This document shows, piece after piece, positions 28,048 through 37,995 of a DNA stretch of 64,000 nucleotides (positions within the stretch are counted from its first letter, which is position 1; each line of letters starts with the position of its first letter). The DNA is from Gammaproteobacteria bacterium (GTDB taxonomy: Bacteria > Pseudomonadota > Gammaproteobacteria > Ga0077536). The stretch is from positions 21,074 through 85,073 of the forward strand of contig DAOKZI010000006.1 of assembly GCA_035325705.1 (NCBI GenBank), written 5' to 3'. The notes below the pieces were generated by a model, which saw only the letters and a list, made by a program, of their open reading frames with translations, searched no databases and was not told where the DNA came from. Position numbers and translations under genes: made by a program.

Positions 28048-29034
28048 CTATCCCTGCGCGTAGACGTCGGCGCGCGCCGCCGCGAAGTCCGGCAGCGGCG
28101 CCGCGCGGGCGTAGGCGACGGCCGTCTCGATCTCGGCGTCGATCTCCGCGTCCAGCGCGTCGAAGCGCGCGCCGTCGACGCCGGCCGCGGCGAGCGCGGC
28201 GCGGGCGCGCGCGAGCGGATCCTTGTCGCCGAGCGCGGCCATCTCGGCCGGGTCGCGGTATTTCTGCGGATCGCCTTCGTAGTGGCCGTGGAAACGCTCG
28301 ACGCGGCACTCGAGCACGGCGGGCCGGGAGTCCTGGCGCATCTGCGCGAGGAGCTCGCCGGCGACGGTGGTGACTTCGCGCACCTCCAGGCCGTCGGCAC
28401 AGCGATACGGCACGCCGAAGGCGCTCGCCAGGCCTTCGAGCTTGCCGCAGAACTGGCGATCGGTGCGCGAGAATTCGCCCCAGCCGTTGTTCTCGCAGGC
28501 GAACAGCACGGGCAGCGCCCACAGCGCAGCGAGATTGAGGCATTCGTGGAAGATGCCCTCGGCGAGCGCGCCGTCGCCGAAGTAGCACACGGCGACGTCG
28601 CCCTTGCCGGCGAGCTTGTGCGCGAGCGCGCTGCCGGTCGCGAGCGAGATGCCGCCGCCGACGATGCCGTTCGCGCCGAGCATGCCGACCTTCGCCTCCG
28701 CGATGTGCATCGAGCCGCCGCGCCCGCGGCAGATGCCGAGCTCGCGGCCCATCATCTCGGCGACGAAGCCCTTGAGGTCGATGCCTTTGGCGAGGGCCTG
28801 GCCGTGACCGCGATGGGTCGCGGCGATCGTGTCGCTGTCCCGCAGGTGACGGCTGATCGCGACCGGCACGGACTCCTGGCCGATGCTCAAATGGATGAAG
28901 CCGGGGATTTCCTTGTCCGCGAACAGTTTCGACAGGCGCTGCTCGACCTTGCGGATGCGCAGCATGCCGCGATAGCACGCGAGCAGCGTGTCCGTGTCCT
29001 GCCCGCCGCGCGTCACGGTGGATTTCTTGCTCAT
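28048..29034 (-). CDS. 2-oxoacid dehydrogenase E1 component alpha subunit (TPP-dependent)
   Basis: 328 aa with the TPP-binding motif GDGALAEGIFHECLNLAALW...ENNGW. Confidence 0.9.
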   Translation of the reverse strand: MSKKSTVTRGGQDTDTLLACYRGMLRIRKVEQRLSKLFADKEIPGFIHLSIGQESVPVAISRHLRDSDTIAATHRGHGQALAKGIDLKGFVAEMMGRELGICRGRGGSMHIAEAKVGMLGANGIVGGGISLATGSALAHKLAGKGDVAVCYFGDGALAEGIFHECLNLAALWALPVLFACENNGWGEFSRTDRQFCGKLEGLASAFGVPYRCADGLEVREVTTVAGELLAQMRQDSRPAVLECRVERFHGHYEGDPQKYRDPAEMAALGDKDPLARARAALAAAGVDGARFDALDAEIDAEIETAVAYARAAPLPDFAAARADVYAQG

Positions 29035-29187
29035 GCGGAGCTCGTACTCGAGGCTGGCAGAGGCGTCGTTCCGGCGACGGAACCGCGCACCGCCTGCGCC
29101 GGTTCAGGATGAAAGGTGCCCGGATGGTAGCGTCGTGCTGCGAGCAGTGTCAAAGCACGGCGCCGGCGTCCGGCGCGGACCGCCGGC

Positions 29188-29865
29188 TCAGCGCGACACG
29201 ACGCGGGCGCGCTGCCCGCGGATTTCGTCGAGCAGGACTTCCGTCGGCCGCTGCCGGCAGTAGCCGGCGAGCGCGGCCAGCGAATTGCGGTGGCGTTCCG
29301 GCGTGAAGCTGGTGCAGCCGTCATCGACGAGGGTCACGAGATAGCCGCGATCGCAGGCGTCGCGCACGGCCGACTCCACGCACTGATCGGTCACGACGCC
29401 GCCGATCACGAGCTGCGTGACGCCGAGATTGCGCAGCAGGTAGTCGAGGTTCGTCGCATTGAAGACGCTGGACGCCGTCTTCGGCAGCCTGATCTCGTCG
29501 CAGATCGGCGCCAGCGCCTCGATCGGCTGGCCGTCCCAGGCGCCTTTGGGCACGAAGATCTCGCTGATCTTGTAATCGAGGCTCTGCTCGCGCCCGTCGG
29601 CGGTCAGCGACTCGATGGTCGTGTGCATGACCTCGACGCCGGCCTGGCGACAGGCCGAGAGCAGACGTTGGAGGTTCGGGATCACGACGCTCTCGAGCTG
29701 GCGCCGGAACCAGCCGTAGCGCGCCGTCACCTCCTCGGGCGGGCAGCTTCGATAGAGCCCGCCGTCCGGATGACAGCAGTAGTTCTGCATGTCGATGAGC
29801 AGCAGGGCGGCCTGATCGCTCAGCAGGGCGAGCTCACGGCTGTAGACGGTCTTGACGGCGGGCAT
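29188..29865 (-). CDS. isochorismatase-family cysteine hydrolase
   Basis: LLLIDMQNYC...VIGGVVTDQCVESAVRDA. Confidence 0.8.
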   Translation of the reverse strand: MPAVKTVYSRELALLSDQAALLLIDMQNYCCHPDGGLYRSCPPEEVTARYGWFRRQLESVVIPNLQRLLSACRQAGVEVMHTTIESLTADGREQSLDYKISEIFVPKGAWDGQPIEALAPICDEIRLPKTASSVFNATNLDYLLRNLGVTQLVIGGVVTDQCVESAVRDACDRGYLVTLVDDGCTSFTPERHRNSLAALAGYCRQRPTEVLLDEIRGQRARVVSR

Positions 29866-30002
29866 CGGCGTTCTCCTGCCGGGGGCAGCGGCGGCGAATC
29901 GTTTGATGGCGTGGCCGTCGCGCCCCCACCCTCAGGTCGTTGGCGCGCGCCGGGACGGTTTCTATACTCCCGGGCAGCGATCCTGCGCAAGAGGAGGGGG
30001 CG

Positions 30003-31472
30003 ATGAGCATTCAGGACGGCAGCGTCGGCCAGCTCGACTTCGTGACGCGTCACGGCCTCCACTGCGCAGAGCAGCAGGCGACGATCGCGCGCATCGAAGA
30101 GGACATCGCGCGCCATCGCCTGCGCACGATCCGCATCGCCTGGGGCGATCAGCACGGCATCGTCCGCGGCAAGCACGTGATGGTCCACGACTTCATGCTC
30201 GCGCTGAAGAACGGCATCGACTTCCAGACCGCGACGCTGTTCATGGACACCACGAACAATCTGTTCGCGCCGATGTTCAGCAGCGACGCCGGGCTCGGCA
30301 TGACCGCGCTCGCCGGCGGGCCCGATGCGATCCTGGTGCCCGATCCGCTGACCTTCCGCGTCCTGCCCTGGGCCGAGCGCACGGGCTGGGTCCTGTCCGA
30401 GATGTATCTCGCGAGCGGCGAGCCGATGCCCTTCGACACTCGCGCCGTGCTCAAGAAGCAGCTCCGCGAGCTGGCGCGGCGCGGGCTGGACTTCGTCGCC
30501 GGCCTGGAGGTCGAGTTCTACATCTGCAAGCTCGAGGATCGCATGCTCGAGCCCGCGCAGTCGGGCTGGCCGCCGGATCCGCCGCGCGTGTCCGCGATCG
30601 CGCACGGCTTCCAGTACCTGACCGAAGATCGGCAGGACGAAATCGATCCGATTCTGCAGATGCTGCAGGACAATCTCGAGGCCCTGGAGCTGCCGCTGCG
30701 CACGATGGAGGACGAATGGGGCCCGGGCCAGTGCGAGTTCACCTTCGATCCGCGCCGCGGCATCGGCGCGGCCGACGACATGCTGCTGTTTCGCACCGCG
30801 ACCAAGCAGCTCTGCCGGCGGCACGGCTATCACGCGACCTTCATGACGCGCCCGGCGCTGCCGAACTTCTTCTCCAGCGGCTGGCATCTGCACCAGTCGC
30901 TGTGCGAGGCGACGACCGGCGGCAATCTGTTCGCGAACATGGCCGGCGGTGAGGAGGCGCTGAGCCCGCTCGGCCGCCAGTACGTCGCCGGTCTCCTCGC
31001 CCACGCGCCGGCCGGCTGCGTGTTCTCGACGCCGACGATCAACGGCTACAAGCGCTACCGGCCGAATTCCTTCGCGCCCGATCGCATCACCTGGGCGCGC
31101 GAGAATCGCGCGGCGATGATCCGCGTGCTCGGCAGCGCCGGCGATCGCGCCACGCACATCGAGAACCGCGCCGGCGAGCCCTGCGCGAATCCCTATCTGT
31201 ACATGGCCTCGCAGATCGTCGCGGGCCTCGCCGGCATCGACGCGCGGCTCGATCCCGGCCCGCCGGAGGCCTCGCCCTACGAGTCCAGCAAACCGAAGCT
31301 GCCGCGCAGCCTGATGGAGGCGACGGCGGCGCTGCGCACGGACGCGGTGTACCGCGCGGGCTTCGGCGACACCTTCGTCGACTACCTGCTCGCGATCAAA
31401 CAGCACGAGATCGAACGCTTCCTCGCCCACGTCACGGACTGGGAGCATCGTGAATACTTCGAAGTCTACTGA
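30003..31472 (+). CDS. glutamine synthetase-family protein (GS-like gamma-glutamyl ligase)
   Basis: The internal ATG at 30003 gives a GS catalytic domain (EVEFYICK...EWGPGQCEFTF...NPYLYMA). Confidence 0.8.
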   Translation: MSIQDGSVGQLDFVTRHGLHCAEQQATIARIEEDIARHRLRTIRIAWGDQHGIVRGKHVMVHDFMLALKNGIDFQTATLFMDTTNNLFAPMFSSDAGLGMTALAGGPDAILVPDPLTFRVLPWAERTGWVLSEMYLASGEPMPFDTRAVLKKQLRELARRGLDFVAGLEVEFYICKLEDRMLEPAQSGWPPDPPRVSAIAHGFQYLTEDRQDEIDPILQMLQDNLEALELPLRTMEDEWGPGQCEFTFDPRRGIGAADDMLLFRTATKQLCRRHGYHATFMTRPALPNFFSSGWHLHQSLCEATTGGNLFANMAGGEEALSPLGRQYVAGLLAHAPAGCVFSTPTINGYKRYRPNSFAPDRITWARENRAAMIRVLGSAGDRATHIENRAGEPCANPYLYMASQIVAGLAGIDARLDPGPPEASPYESSKPKLPRSLMEATAALRTDAVYRAGFGDTFVDYLLAIKQHEIERFLAHVTDWEHREYFEVY

Positions 31473-31481
31473 GGCGCAACG

Positions 31482-32006
31482 ATGAGCGACTGGCGCGGCA
31501 AACTCGGCGGCATGACGCCGCAGGAGATGAACGAATTCCTCGCCGGGCCGTGGCTCGCGCGGCTCGCCTGCCTGAAGCCGGACGGCTGGCCCTACGTCGT
31601 GCCCGTCTGGTACCACTGGGACGGCAGCGCGTTCTGGATCGTCGGCCGCGAACGTTCGGAGTGGTGCCATTACATGGCGCTGGACCCGCGCGTGTCGCTG
31701 GTCGTCGACGAGCCGCAGGCGCCGATACGCAAGGTGATCTGCGAAGGCACGGCCGTGATCGTCGAGGCCGCGGTCGGGCCCACGCTGATGAACGGCGAGA
31801 AATCGATCTGGAACCAGATCGGCGAACGGCACACCGGGCCGCGCTATCTCGGCGCGAAGGCCCAGGACTATCGCGGCGGCGTCAACGTCGAGCCGTGCTG
31901 GACCTTCAAGATCGTGCCGAAGAAGCTCACGACCTGGCAGGGCTTCGGCTGGGCGAAGCGTTATCGGCATCCCGAGCTCTATCCCGACGGCAAGGTGCCG
32001 ACGTGA
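31482..32006 (+). CDS. pyridoxamine 5'-phosphate oxidase-family (PPOX-class) protein
   Basis: 174 aa with a PNPOx-like split-barrel sequence (WLARLACLKPDGWPYVVPVWY). Confidence 0.7.
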   Translation: MSDWRGKLGGMTPQEMNEFLAGPWLARLACLKPDGWPYVVPVWYHWDGSAFWIVGRERSEWCHYMALDPRVSLVVDEPQAPIRKVICEGTAVIVEAAVGPTLMNGEKSIWNQIGERHTGPRYLGAKAQDYRGGVNVEPCWTFKIVPKKLTTWQGFGWAKRYRHPELYPDGKVPT

Positions 32007-32770
32007 TGCTGCTCGGGCCGCAGGAACCGCCGGCGGTGTCGGTGGCGCGCGCCGCGTCGGATTCGCCGTTCCTGCTGACCTGCGATCACGCGAGCAATCG
32101 CCTCCCCGCCGCGCTCGGCGATCTGGGCGTGCCGGCCGCCGAACGCGATCGACACATCGCCTGGGACATCGGCGCGCTCGGCGTCGCCGGCGGCCTGTCC
32201 GCGGCCCTCGACGCGACGCTCGTCGCGAGCGGCTATTCGCGGCTGGTGATCGATCTGAACCGGCCGCCTCACCGGCACGATCTCTTTCCCGAGAAGAGTG
32301 AGAACACGCCGGTGCCCGGCAACGTGGCGCTCTCGGCGGCCGAGAAGCAGCGCCGCCGTGCGGCGCTGTTCGAGCCTTATCACGAGACGATCGCGCGCCT
32401 GCTCGATGCGCGCGCCGCGCGCGGACTGGGCACGCTGCTCGTCGCGATCCACAGTTTCACGCCGGTCTACGCCGGCGTTGCGCGGCCGTGGGAGATCGCG
32501 CTGCTGTCGAACCGCGATCGCCGCGTCGCCGAATGTCTGCTCCGAGCTCTGCACCGCGACCACGTCCTGAACGTCGGCGACAACATCCCCTATCGTCTGA
32601 CCGACGACGGCGACTACGGCGTGCCCGTGCACGGCGAGCGGCGCGGCCTGCCGCACGTGCTCATCGAGCTGCGCCAGGACACCGTCGCCGCGGTGAGCGG
32701 GCAGCGCGCCTGGGTCGCCCGGCTCGCGCCGCTGCTGCGCGAGGCCTGGGCCTACGTCTCGTCGGCGTGA
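32006..32770 (+). CDS. N-formylglutamate amidohydrolase-family protein
   Basis: ATG at 32006 overlaps the upstream stop as TGATG. FLLTCDHASNRLP...LLVAIHSFTPVY is typical of the FGase family. Confidence 0.75.
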   Translation: MLLGPQEPPAVSVARAASDSPFLLTCDHASNRLPAALGDLGVPAAERDRHIAWDIGALGVAGGLSAALDATLVASGYSRLVIDLNRPPHRHDLFPEKSENTPVPGNVALSAAEKQRRRAALFEPYHETIARLLDARAARGLGTLLVAIHSFTPVYAGVARPWEIALLSNRDRRVAECLLRALHRDHVLNVGDNIPYRLTDDGDYGVPVHGERRGLPHVLIELRQDTVAAVSGQRAWVARLAPLLREAWAYVSSA

Positions 32771-32902
32771 GGACGGCGTCGACGTCGGCGCCGTGGCGAA
32801 AGAGGCCGAAAAGCGCCCAATTTCCGAATGCGCTGGATCAAGCGCGCGGCGCAGCGGGCGCCTATGCTTCAAGCATCGTCATTGAAAGGATGGGGATCTC
32901 CG

Positions 32903-33763
32903 ATGCTCACCAATGTGTCCTTGTTGTATGCAGGCACGCCGAAGGAGCAGGCCGCGCTGGCGTTCGCCGCCGCGGTCGCGGACGGGCTGGGTGCCTCGGT
33001 CGCCTGCCGCTACGCGGCCGACATGCTGAGCCTGCTGTCGCCGGATCAGCGCGCGGAATATCGGGCTTTGATCGAGGTCGACGGCCTGAACCGCGCGCAG
33101 GACTATCTGAACCGCGCCTATGAGAGTCAGCGCGCGAGCCATGCGGAAGCGGCGCAGGCCGCGTACCGGCAATCGGCCTCGGCAAGTCATCTGATCTGGG
33201 GCGAGCCGCTCGATCTGCGCGAGGATCCGCGCAAGGTGCTCACGGCCATGGGTTTCACGCACGACATGATCGTCGCCAGCTTCGATCTGCCGGCGACGGT
33301 GCTGCAGCCGGCGATCGAGCAGGTGCTGATCGCGGCGGGTGCGCCGCTCGCGCTGATCGCGCACGCGCCCAAGGCGGCGAGTCTCGAGCAGATGACGATG
33401 CTCTACGCGTGGAAGCCTTCAGCCGCCGCGAAGCGCGCGCTGCGCTACGCCCTGCCGCTGTTCCGCAAGGCGCGTCAGGTCCATCTCGTGTCGATCGAGG
33501 ACGACAGCGAGCCGCCGGTGGCGCCCTCGGTGCAGGACGTCGCCGACTACCTGATGAACGTGCACAGTGTGGCGACCTCGCCGATGGTGCTCCAGGCGGC
33601 CGACTCGCCGCAGCAGCAGCTCGCCGACTTGTACAAGGAGGTCGGGGCCGATCTGCTGGTGATGGGTGCGTACTCGCACTCGCGGCTGCAGCGCCTGTTC
33701 TTCGGCGACTTCACCAGCCACTTCCTGAAGAAGCGCCCCTGCAATCTGCTGCTCGCGCATTGA
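32903..33763 (+). CDS. universal stress protein (tandem UspA domains)
   Basis: Internal ATG. C-terminal motif LLVMGAYSHSRLQRLFFGDFTSHFL. Confidence 0.75.
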   Translation: MLTNVSLLYAGTPKEQAALAFAAAVADGLGASVACRYAADMLSLLSPDQRAEYRALIEVDGLNRAQDYLNRAYESQRASHAEAAQAAYRQSASASHLIWGEPLDLREDPRKVLTAMGFTHDMIVASFDLPATVLQPAIEQVLIAAGAPLALIAHAPKAASLEQMTMLYAWKPSAAAKRALRYALPLFRKARQVHLVSIEDDSEPPVAPSVQDVADYLMNVHSVATSPMVLQAADSPQQQLADLYKEVGADLLVMGAYSHSRLQRLFFGDFTSHFLKKRPCNLLLAH

Positions 33764-33784
33764 GGCTTGCGCGAGCATGAACGC

Positions 33785-33980
33785 CGGATCCCGGATTCGC
33801 TGCGCGCATCCGGGCTACGAAGAATGCGATCTTCGTAGCCCGGGTGGAGCGCGCAGCGCGTAACCCGGGATCGGCATGTCGGCGTAGTTTGAAGATCCCG
33901 GGTTCCGCTTCGCTGCACCCGGGCTACGAAAAACGCCATCGGCGTAGCCCGGATGCGCGCAGCGAATCCGGGATCGCGAC
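33785..33980. repeat. REP-like cluster (4 units)
   Basis: Units at about 33787, 33835, 33893 and 33938, in alternating orientation. Confidence 0.8.
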
Positions 33981-33987
33981 TTCGAGC

Positions 33988-34461
33988 TCAGCGATAAATC
34001 GCCGTCAGCACGATACAGACGATGGCGCCGAGGCTGAGATGCAGGCGCAGGCGCAGGAACCAGGCGGGCAGCGCGTGCAGGCTCGCGGTGCGCGTGTCGT
34101 GCGCGAAGGTGACGGCGAAGCCGATCGCGCAGAACCACAGCGTGAACGGCGCCGGCAGCAGCACGGCCGCCCACGCGGCGAGCGCGGGCAGCATGCTGTA
34201 GATCAACTCGCGGCTGCCCTGCACGTTCGCGAGCGTGGGGTTGTTGACCGTGAGCCCCCAGGTGATGCCGCCGAGGAAGGACAGGATCACCGCGCCATAG
34301 CTCGCGATGCCGAAGGCCGCATGCTGCGCGAGGCTGTCTTCTCCCTTGGGCCCGAACACGACGGCGAGCATCTGCACGACGAAGGGCAGCAGGCCGAGAT
34401 AGCCGAGCCAGCCGGCGGTCGTGGGGATCTGATTCACGGGGCGGGCAGCGGCATCGGTCAT
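33988..34461 (-). CDS. DUF3429-family membrane protein
   Basis: Internal ATG (MTDAAARPVNQIPTTAGWLGYLGLLPFVV...). 4 TM helices. Confidence 0.6.
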   Translation of the reverse strand: MTDAAARPVNQIPTTAGWLGYLGLLPFVVQMLAVVFGPKGEDSLAQHAAFGIASYGAVILSFLGGITWGLTVNNPTLANVQGSRELIYSMLPALAAWAAVLLPAPFTLWFCAIGFAVTFAHDTRTASLHALPAWFLRLRLHLSLGAIVCIVLTAIYR

Positions 34462-34760
34462 GGCGAGCTCGACTCTCGGGCGGGCAATTCCGCGGCCAGC
34501 ATAGTCGGGTCGATCCCGCCGAGCCTGCGCTGGGTCAAACTTTCTGCCCTGCGAACACTCCGCTTTTGAACGGCGCGAGCGCGGAAACCTCAGCGAGGAC
34601 GGCCTCCTTTCGCGCTTCACTTTCCGGAGCACCAGAGACGGCACGCGCGCTCTGCAAACACCGCAACGCGGCGCGACGCCACCCTCGTCTTCCTCGGTGT
34701 TCTCGGTGTTCTCTGTGGCAAAAACGGCGCCTCATGAGGCACCCACGGATCAGCGCCGCC

Positions 34761-35360
34761 TCAGAGCGAGCTGAACTTTCGCAATTGACGATCGTGCCAG
34801 CGGCGCAGCGTGAGCAGGGCGAGGATCGCGCCGAGGCCGGCGAAGGCCATGTCGGACTGCGTGTCCCACACATAGCCCTGGGTGCCGAGAAAGGCGGCGG
34901 CCGCCTGCTCGGACAGCGCGGCGACGGCCCATTCGAGCAGCTCGTAGACCGCGCTGAGCGCGAGGCATACGCAGACGACCAGAAAGCCGCACCAGCCGCG
35001 GCGCGCCAGCACGCGGCGCCGGATCAGCACTTCGCGCGCGATCAGCGCCGGCACGAAACCCTGCGCGAAATGCCCGAGCTTGTCGTAGTGATTGCGCTCG
35101 AAGCCGAACAGCGGCTTGATCCATTCACCGAGCGGCACTTCGGCATAGGTGTAGTGCCCGCCGACCATCAGGATCACGCAGTGGACGAGGATGAGGACAT
35201 AGACCAGCGTCGTCAGCGGGAAGCTGCGGCGCGTCGCCCACAGCAGCACGAGGCCGATCACCGCGGGCGCGACTTCGAGACCCCAGGTCGCGTAGTCCTT
35301 GGGCTGGATGCCCGACCAGATGAGCGTGCCGAAGAACACGAGGAGCCACAGGTTCGCCAC
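34761..35360 (-). CDS. DUF2238 (YjdF-like) membrane protein
   Basis: 199 aa with polytopic hydrophobic segments. Confidence 0.6.
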   Translation of the reverse strand: MANLWLLVFFGTLIWSGIQPKDYATWGLEVAPAVIGLVLLWATRRSFPLTTLVYVLILVHCVILMVGGHYTYAEVPLGEWIKPLFGFERNHYDKLGHFAQGFVPALIAREVLIRRRVLARRGWCGFLVVCVCLALSAVYELLEWAVAALSEQAAAAFLGTQGYVWDTQSDMAFAGLGAILALLTLRRWHDRQLRKFSSL

Positions 35361-35479
35361 GCGTGCCCCCCGAGCCGCGCTGCCGAGGACGAAGTGCGCG
35401 CATCATGCACGCGCCCACCGGCCGCGTCCACCGCGCCGCCTGCGGTATAGTGCGGTCTCCATCCACGGTAAGCCGCGCC

Positions 35480-35965
35480 ATGACCTACGCCACGTTCAGT
35501 ACGCCCCCCGACGATCGCTATTACGAGGATTACGAGGTCGGGGCAACCTACGAGCTCGGCAGCTTCAGCCTGAGCGAAGGAGAGATCGTCGACTTCGCGC
35601 GGCGCTTCGACCCGCAGCGCTTCCACGTCGACCCGGTCGCCGCCGCGACCTCGCCTTACGGCGGCCTGATCGCGAGCGGCTGGCACACGGGCAGTGCGAT
35701 GATGCGCCTGCTCGCCGATCGCTTCATTTCCTCGGTCGCGGGGTTGGGCTCGCCCGGGCTCGACGAAGTCACCTGGCACAAGCCCACGCGGCCGGACGCC
35801 GAGATGACGGTGCGCGTGACGGTGCTCGACAAGCGCCGTTCGCAGTCGAAGCCCGACCGCGGGCTCTTTTTCCACAAGGTCGAGGTCTTCGATCCGGCCG
35901 GCGAGCTCGCGATGACCGTGCGCGGCAAGGGCATCATCAGGCTGCGCCATCCGGATGCAGCCTGA
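35480..35965 (+). CDS. MaoC-like (R)-hydratase/dehydratase
   Basis: Internal ATG. Hot-dog fold signature (PYGGLIASGWHTGSAMMRLL). Confidence 0.75.
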   Translation: MTYATFSTPPDDRYYEDYEVGATYELGSFSLSEGEIVDFARRFDPQRFHVDPVAAATSPYGGLIASGWHTGSAMMRLLADRFISSVAGLGSPGLDEVTWHKPTRPDAEMTVRVTVLDKRRSQSKPDRGLFFHKVEVFDPAGELAMTVRGKGIIRLRHPDAA

Positions 35966-35989
35966 ACACAGCGAGCGGAGAACCCTACG

Positions 35990-36793
35990 ATGACACCGAA
36001 CTGCTGGGGCGACGACAATCCTTATGACTATGCCGCGATCAACGACGCGCTGAACCGCTATCTGCGCCTGAAAACCACGCCGATCGGCCTGAAGCGTTTC
36101 CGTACGGTCGAAGAAATGGCGAGCGTGCCCAAGCTGCGGCGGCCGCCGGCGGGCGAGAAGTTCGCCTTCGATCAGATGGTCGGCCAGTCGCGCTGGCTGG
36201 GCTGGACCTTGGGCGTGACCATGGACAATCTGATGGGGCAGCAGTGCGGCGCCGTCGTCGGTCTCGCGCCGCGCGATCCCGCCTGGCTCGAAGGCCGGCA
36301 GCTCGTCGGCGTGTGGTACGGCACGCCGGCGGACAGCGCGGCCCATCAGCAGGCGATGAGCTGTGCGAGCCACGGCGACTATCAGGCCATCGCGCTGTCG
36401 CCGATCACCTCGGGCCGTCTCGACAATCCGGACATCGTGCTGATCTACGGCACGCCCGGCCAGATGATCACCTTCGTCAACGGCCTGCAGTACCGGCAGT
36501 ATCGCAAGTACAGCTTCACCTGCGTCGGTGAGAGCGCCTGCGCGGATTCCTGGGGCAATGCGCTGAAGACCGGTGAGCCCTCGCTGTCGGTGCCCTGCTA
36601 CGCCGAGCGCAAGTTCGGCGGCGTGCTCGACGAGGAGATGCTGATGGCGATTCCGCCGAGCTTCCTGCCGCAGGTCGTCGACGGGCTCAAAGCCCTGAGC
36701 GACAACGGCCTGCGCTACCCGATCCCCAATCACGGCATCCAGAAATCGCCGCTCGACAGCATCGCGGCGAGCTACGGCCAGCAGAAAATTTGA
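35990..36793 (+). CDS. DUF169-family protein
   Basis: 267 aa. The sequence pattern is typical of DUF169. Confidence 0.6.
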   Translation: MTPNCWGDDNPYDYAAINDALNRYLRLKTTPIGLKRFRTVEEMASVPKLRRPPAGEKFAFDQMVGQSRWLGWTLGVTMDNLMGQQCGAVVGLAPRDPAWLEGRQLVGVWYGTPADSAAHQQAMSCASHGDYQAIALSPITSGRLDNPDIVLIYGTPGQMITFVNGLQYRQYRKYSFTCVGESACADSWGNALKTGEPSLSVPCYAERKFGGVLDEEMLMAIPPSFLPQVVDGLKALSDNGLRYPIPNHGIQKSPLDSIAASYGQQKI

Positions 36794-36804
36794 AGGAGCG
36801 GACG

Positions 36805-37983
36805 ATGACGATGAACGGCGTATCCCCGGCGGCGGTGGATCTCGGCTTCGACCCGGTGCGCCTCGGGCGCGTGGCGACGCGTATCGAACGGGACATCGCT
36901 GCCGGCCGCTATCACGGCGCGCAGCTCAAGCTCGCGCGCCGCGGTCGCGTCGTGCTCGACGTCGTCTGCGGCCACGCCGATCGGGCGAACGGCCGGCGCA
37001 TGCGCGGCGACGAGAGCTTCGTGTCCTTCTCGATCGGCAAGCAGTTCACGAACGTGCTGGTGCTGAACCGGATCGAGCGCGGCGATCTGCACCTCACGCT
37101 GCGCGTCGGCGAGCTGATCCCGGCGTTCAACACGCGCGGCCTGCGCGAGATCAACGTCTTTCATCTGCTGACGCACACCAGCGGCCTGATGTCGGCCATC
37201 CCCGGCGTGCCGCTGGAGGTGCTGACGAGCGTCGAGAAGCTGAGCGAGTGGGTCGCGACGCAGCGTCCGGAATCGCTGCCCGGCGAGCGCGTGAACTATT
37301 CGATCATCGTCGCCCACGCCGTGCTCGCCGAGCTCGTGCGGCGCGTCGATTCCCAGGGCCGCTCCTTCGGCCGCATCATCACCGAGGATCTCTTCGAGCC
37401 GCTCGGCATGCGCGAGACCAGCCTCGGCCCGCGCGCCGATCTCGTGCACAAGCTCTGCCCGGTCGTCGCCTGCTACGAGGTGCCCGGCATGTTCTATCCA
37501 CAGGAGGTCGAGGGCGTCGGCCAGGTCGTGCTGATGGAAGGCGCCGAGGTGCCGGCCGGCGGTTATCTGACGACGAGCGCCGACGTCCACCGCTTCGCGC
37601 TGATGCTCGCCAACGGCGGTGAGCTCGACGGCACGCGCATCCTGTCGCCGCGCACGATCGAGTACTGCGCGCGCAATCACACCGGCGAGCGCCGCAACGT
37701 GCTGTTCGACTACGCGCGCGACACGCGCGGCTGGGCGCCGTGGCCGGCTACCATCGGCATCGGCTTCTTCGTCCGCGGCGAAGGCGTGCAACCGGGCCCG
37801 ATGAGCAACTTCTCGAGCCCGCAGACCTTCTGCGGCTGGGGCGCAGGCTCGACCTGCTTCTGGATCGATCCCGTCCAGCAGCTCTCCTTCTCGTTCCTCT
37901 CGACCGGCCTGATGGAAGAAACCTTCCACTGCGAACGCCTGCAGCGTTTGGCCGATCTGGCCGTCACTTCGATGGTGGAGTGA
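36805..37983 (+). CDS. serine hydrolase, beta-lactamase/transpeptidase-like
   Basis: SxxK motif SIGKQFT. Class-C-like length. A TTG at 36790 is an alternative start. Confidence 0.75.
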   Translation: MTMNGVSPAAVDLGFDPVRLGRVATRIERDIAAGRYHGAQLKLARRGRVVLDVVCGHADRANGRRMRGDESFVSFSIGKQFTNVLVLNRIERGDLHLTLRVGELIPAFNTRGLREINVFHLLTHTSGLMSAIPGVPLEVLTSVEKLSEWVATQRPESLPGERVNYSIIVAHAVLAELVRRVDSQGRSFGRIITEDLFEPLGMRETSLGPRADLVHKLCPVVACYEVPGMFYPQEVEGVGQVVLMEGAEVPAGGYLTTSADVHRFALMLANGGELDGTRILSPRTIEYCARNHTGERRNVLFDYARDTRGWAPWPATIGIGFFVRGEGVQPGPMSNFSSPQTFCGWGAGSTCFWIDPVQQLSFSFLSTGLMEETFHCERLQRLADLAVTSMVE

Positions 37984-37995
37984 GTACGTGTCGAA

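Noticed and set aside
29820-31970. 716 aa minus-strand ORF opposite the GS-like gene
   Set aside because: It is antisense to a clear glutamine-synthetase catalytic domain.
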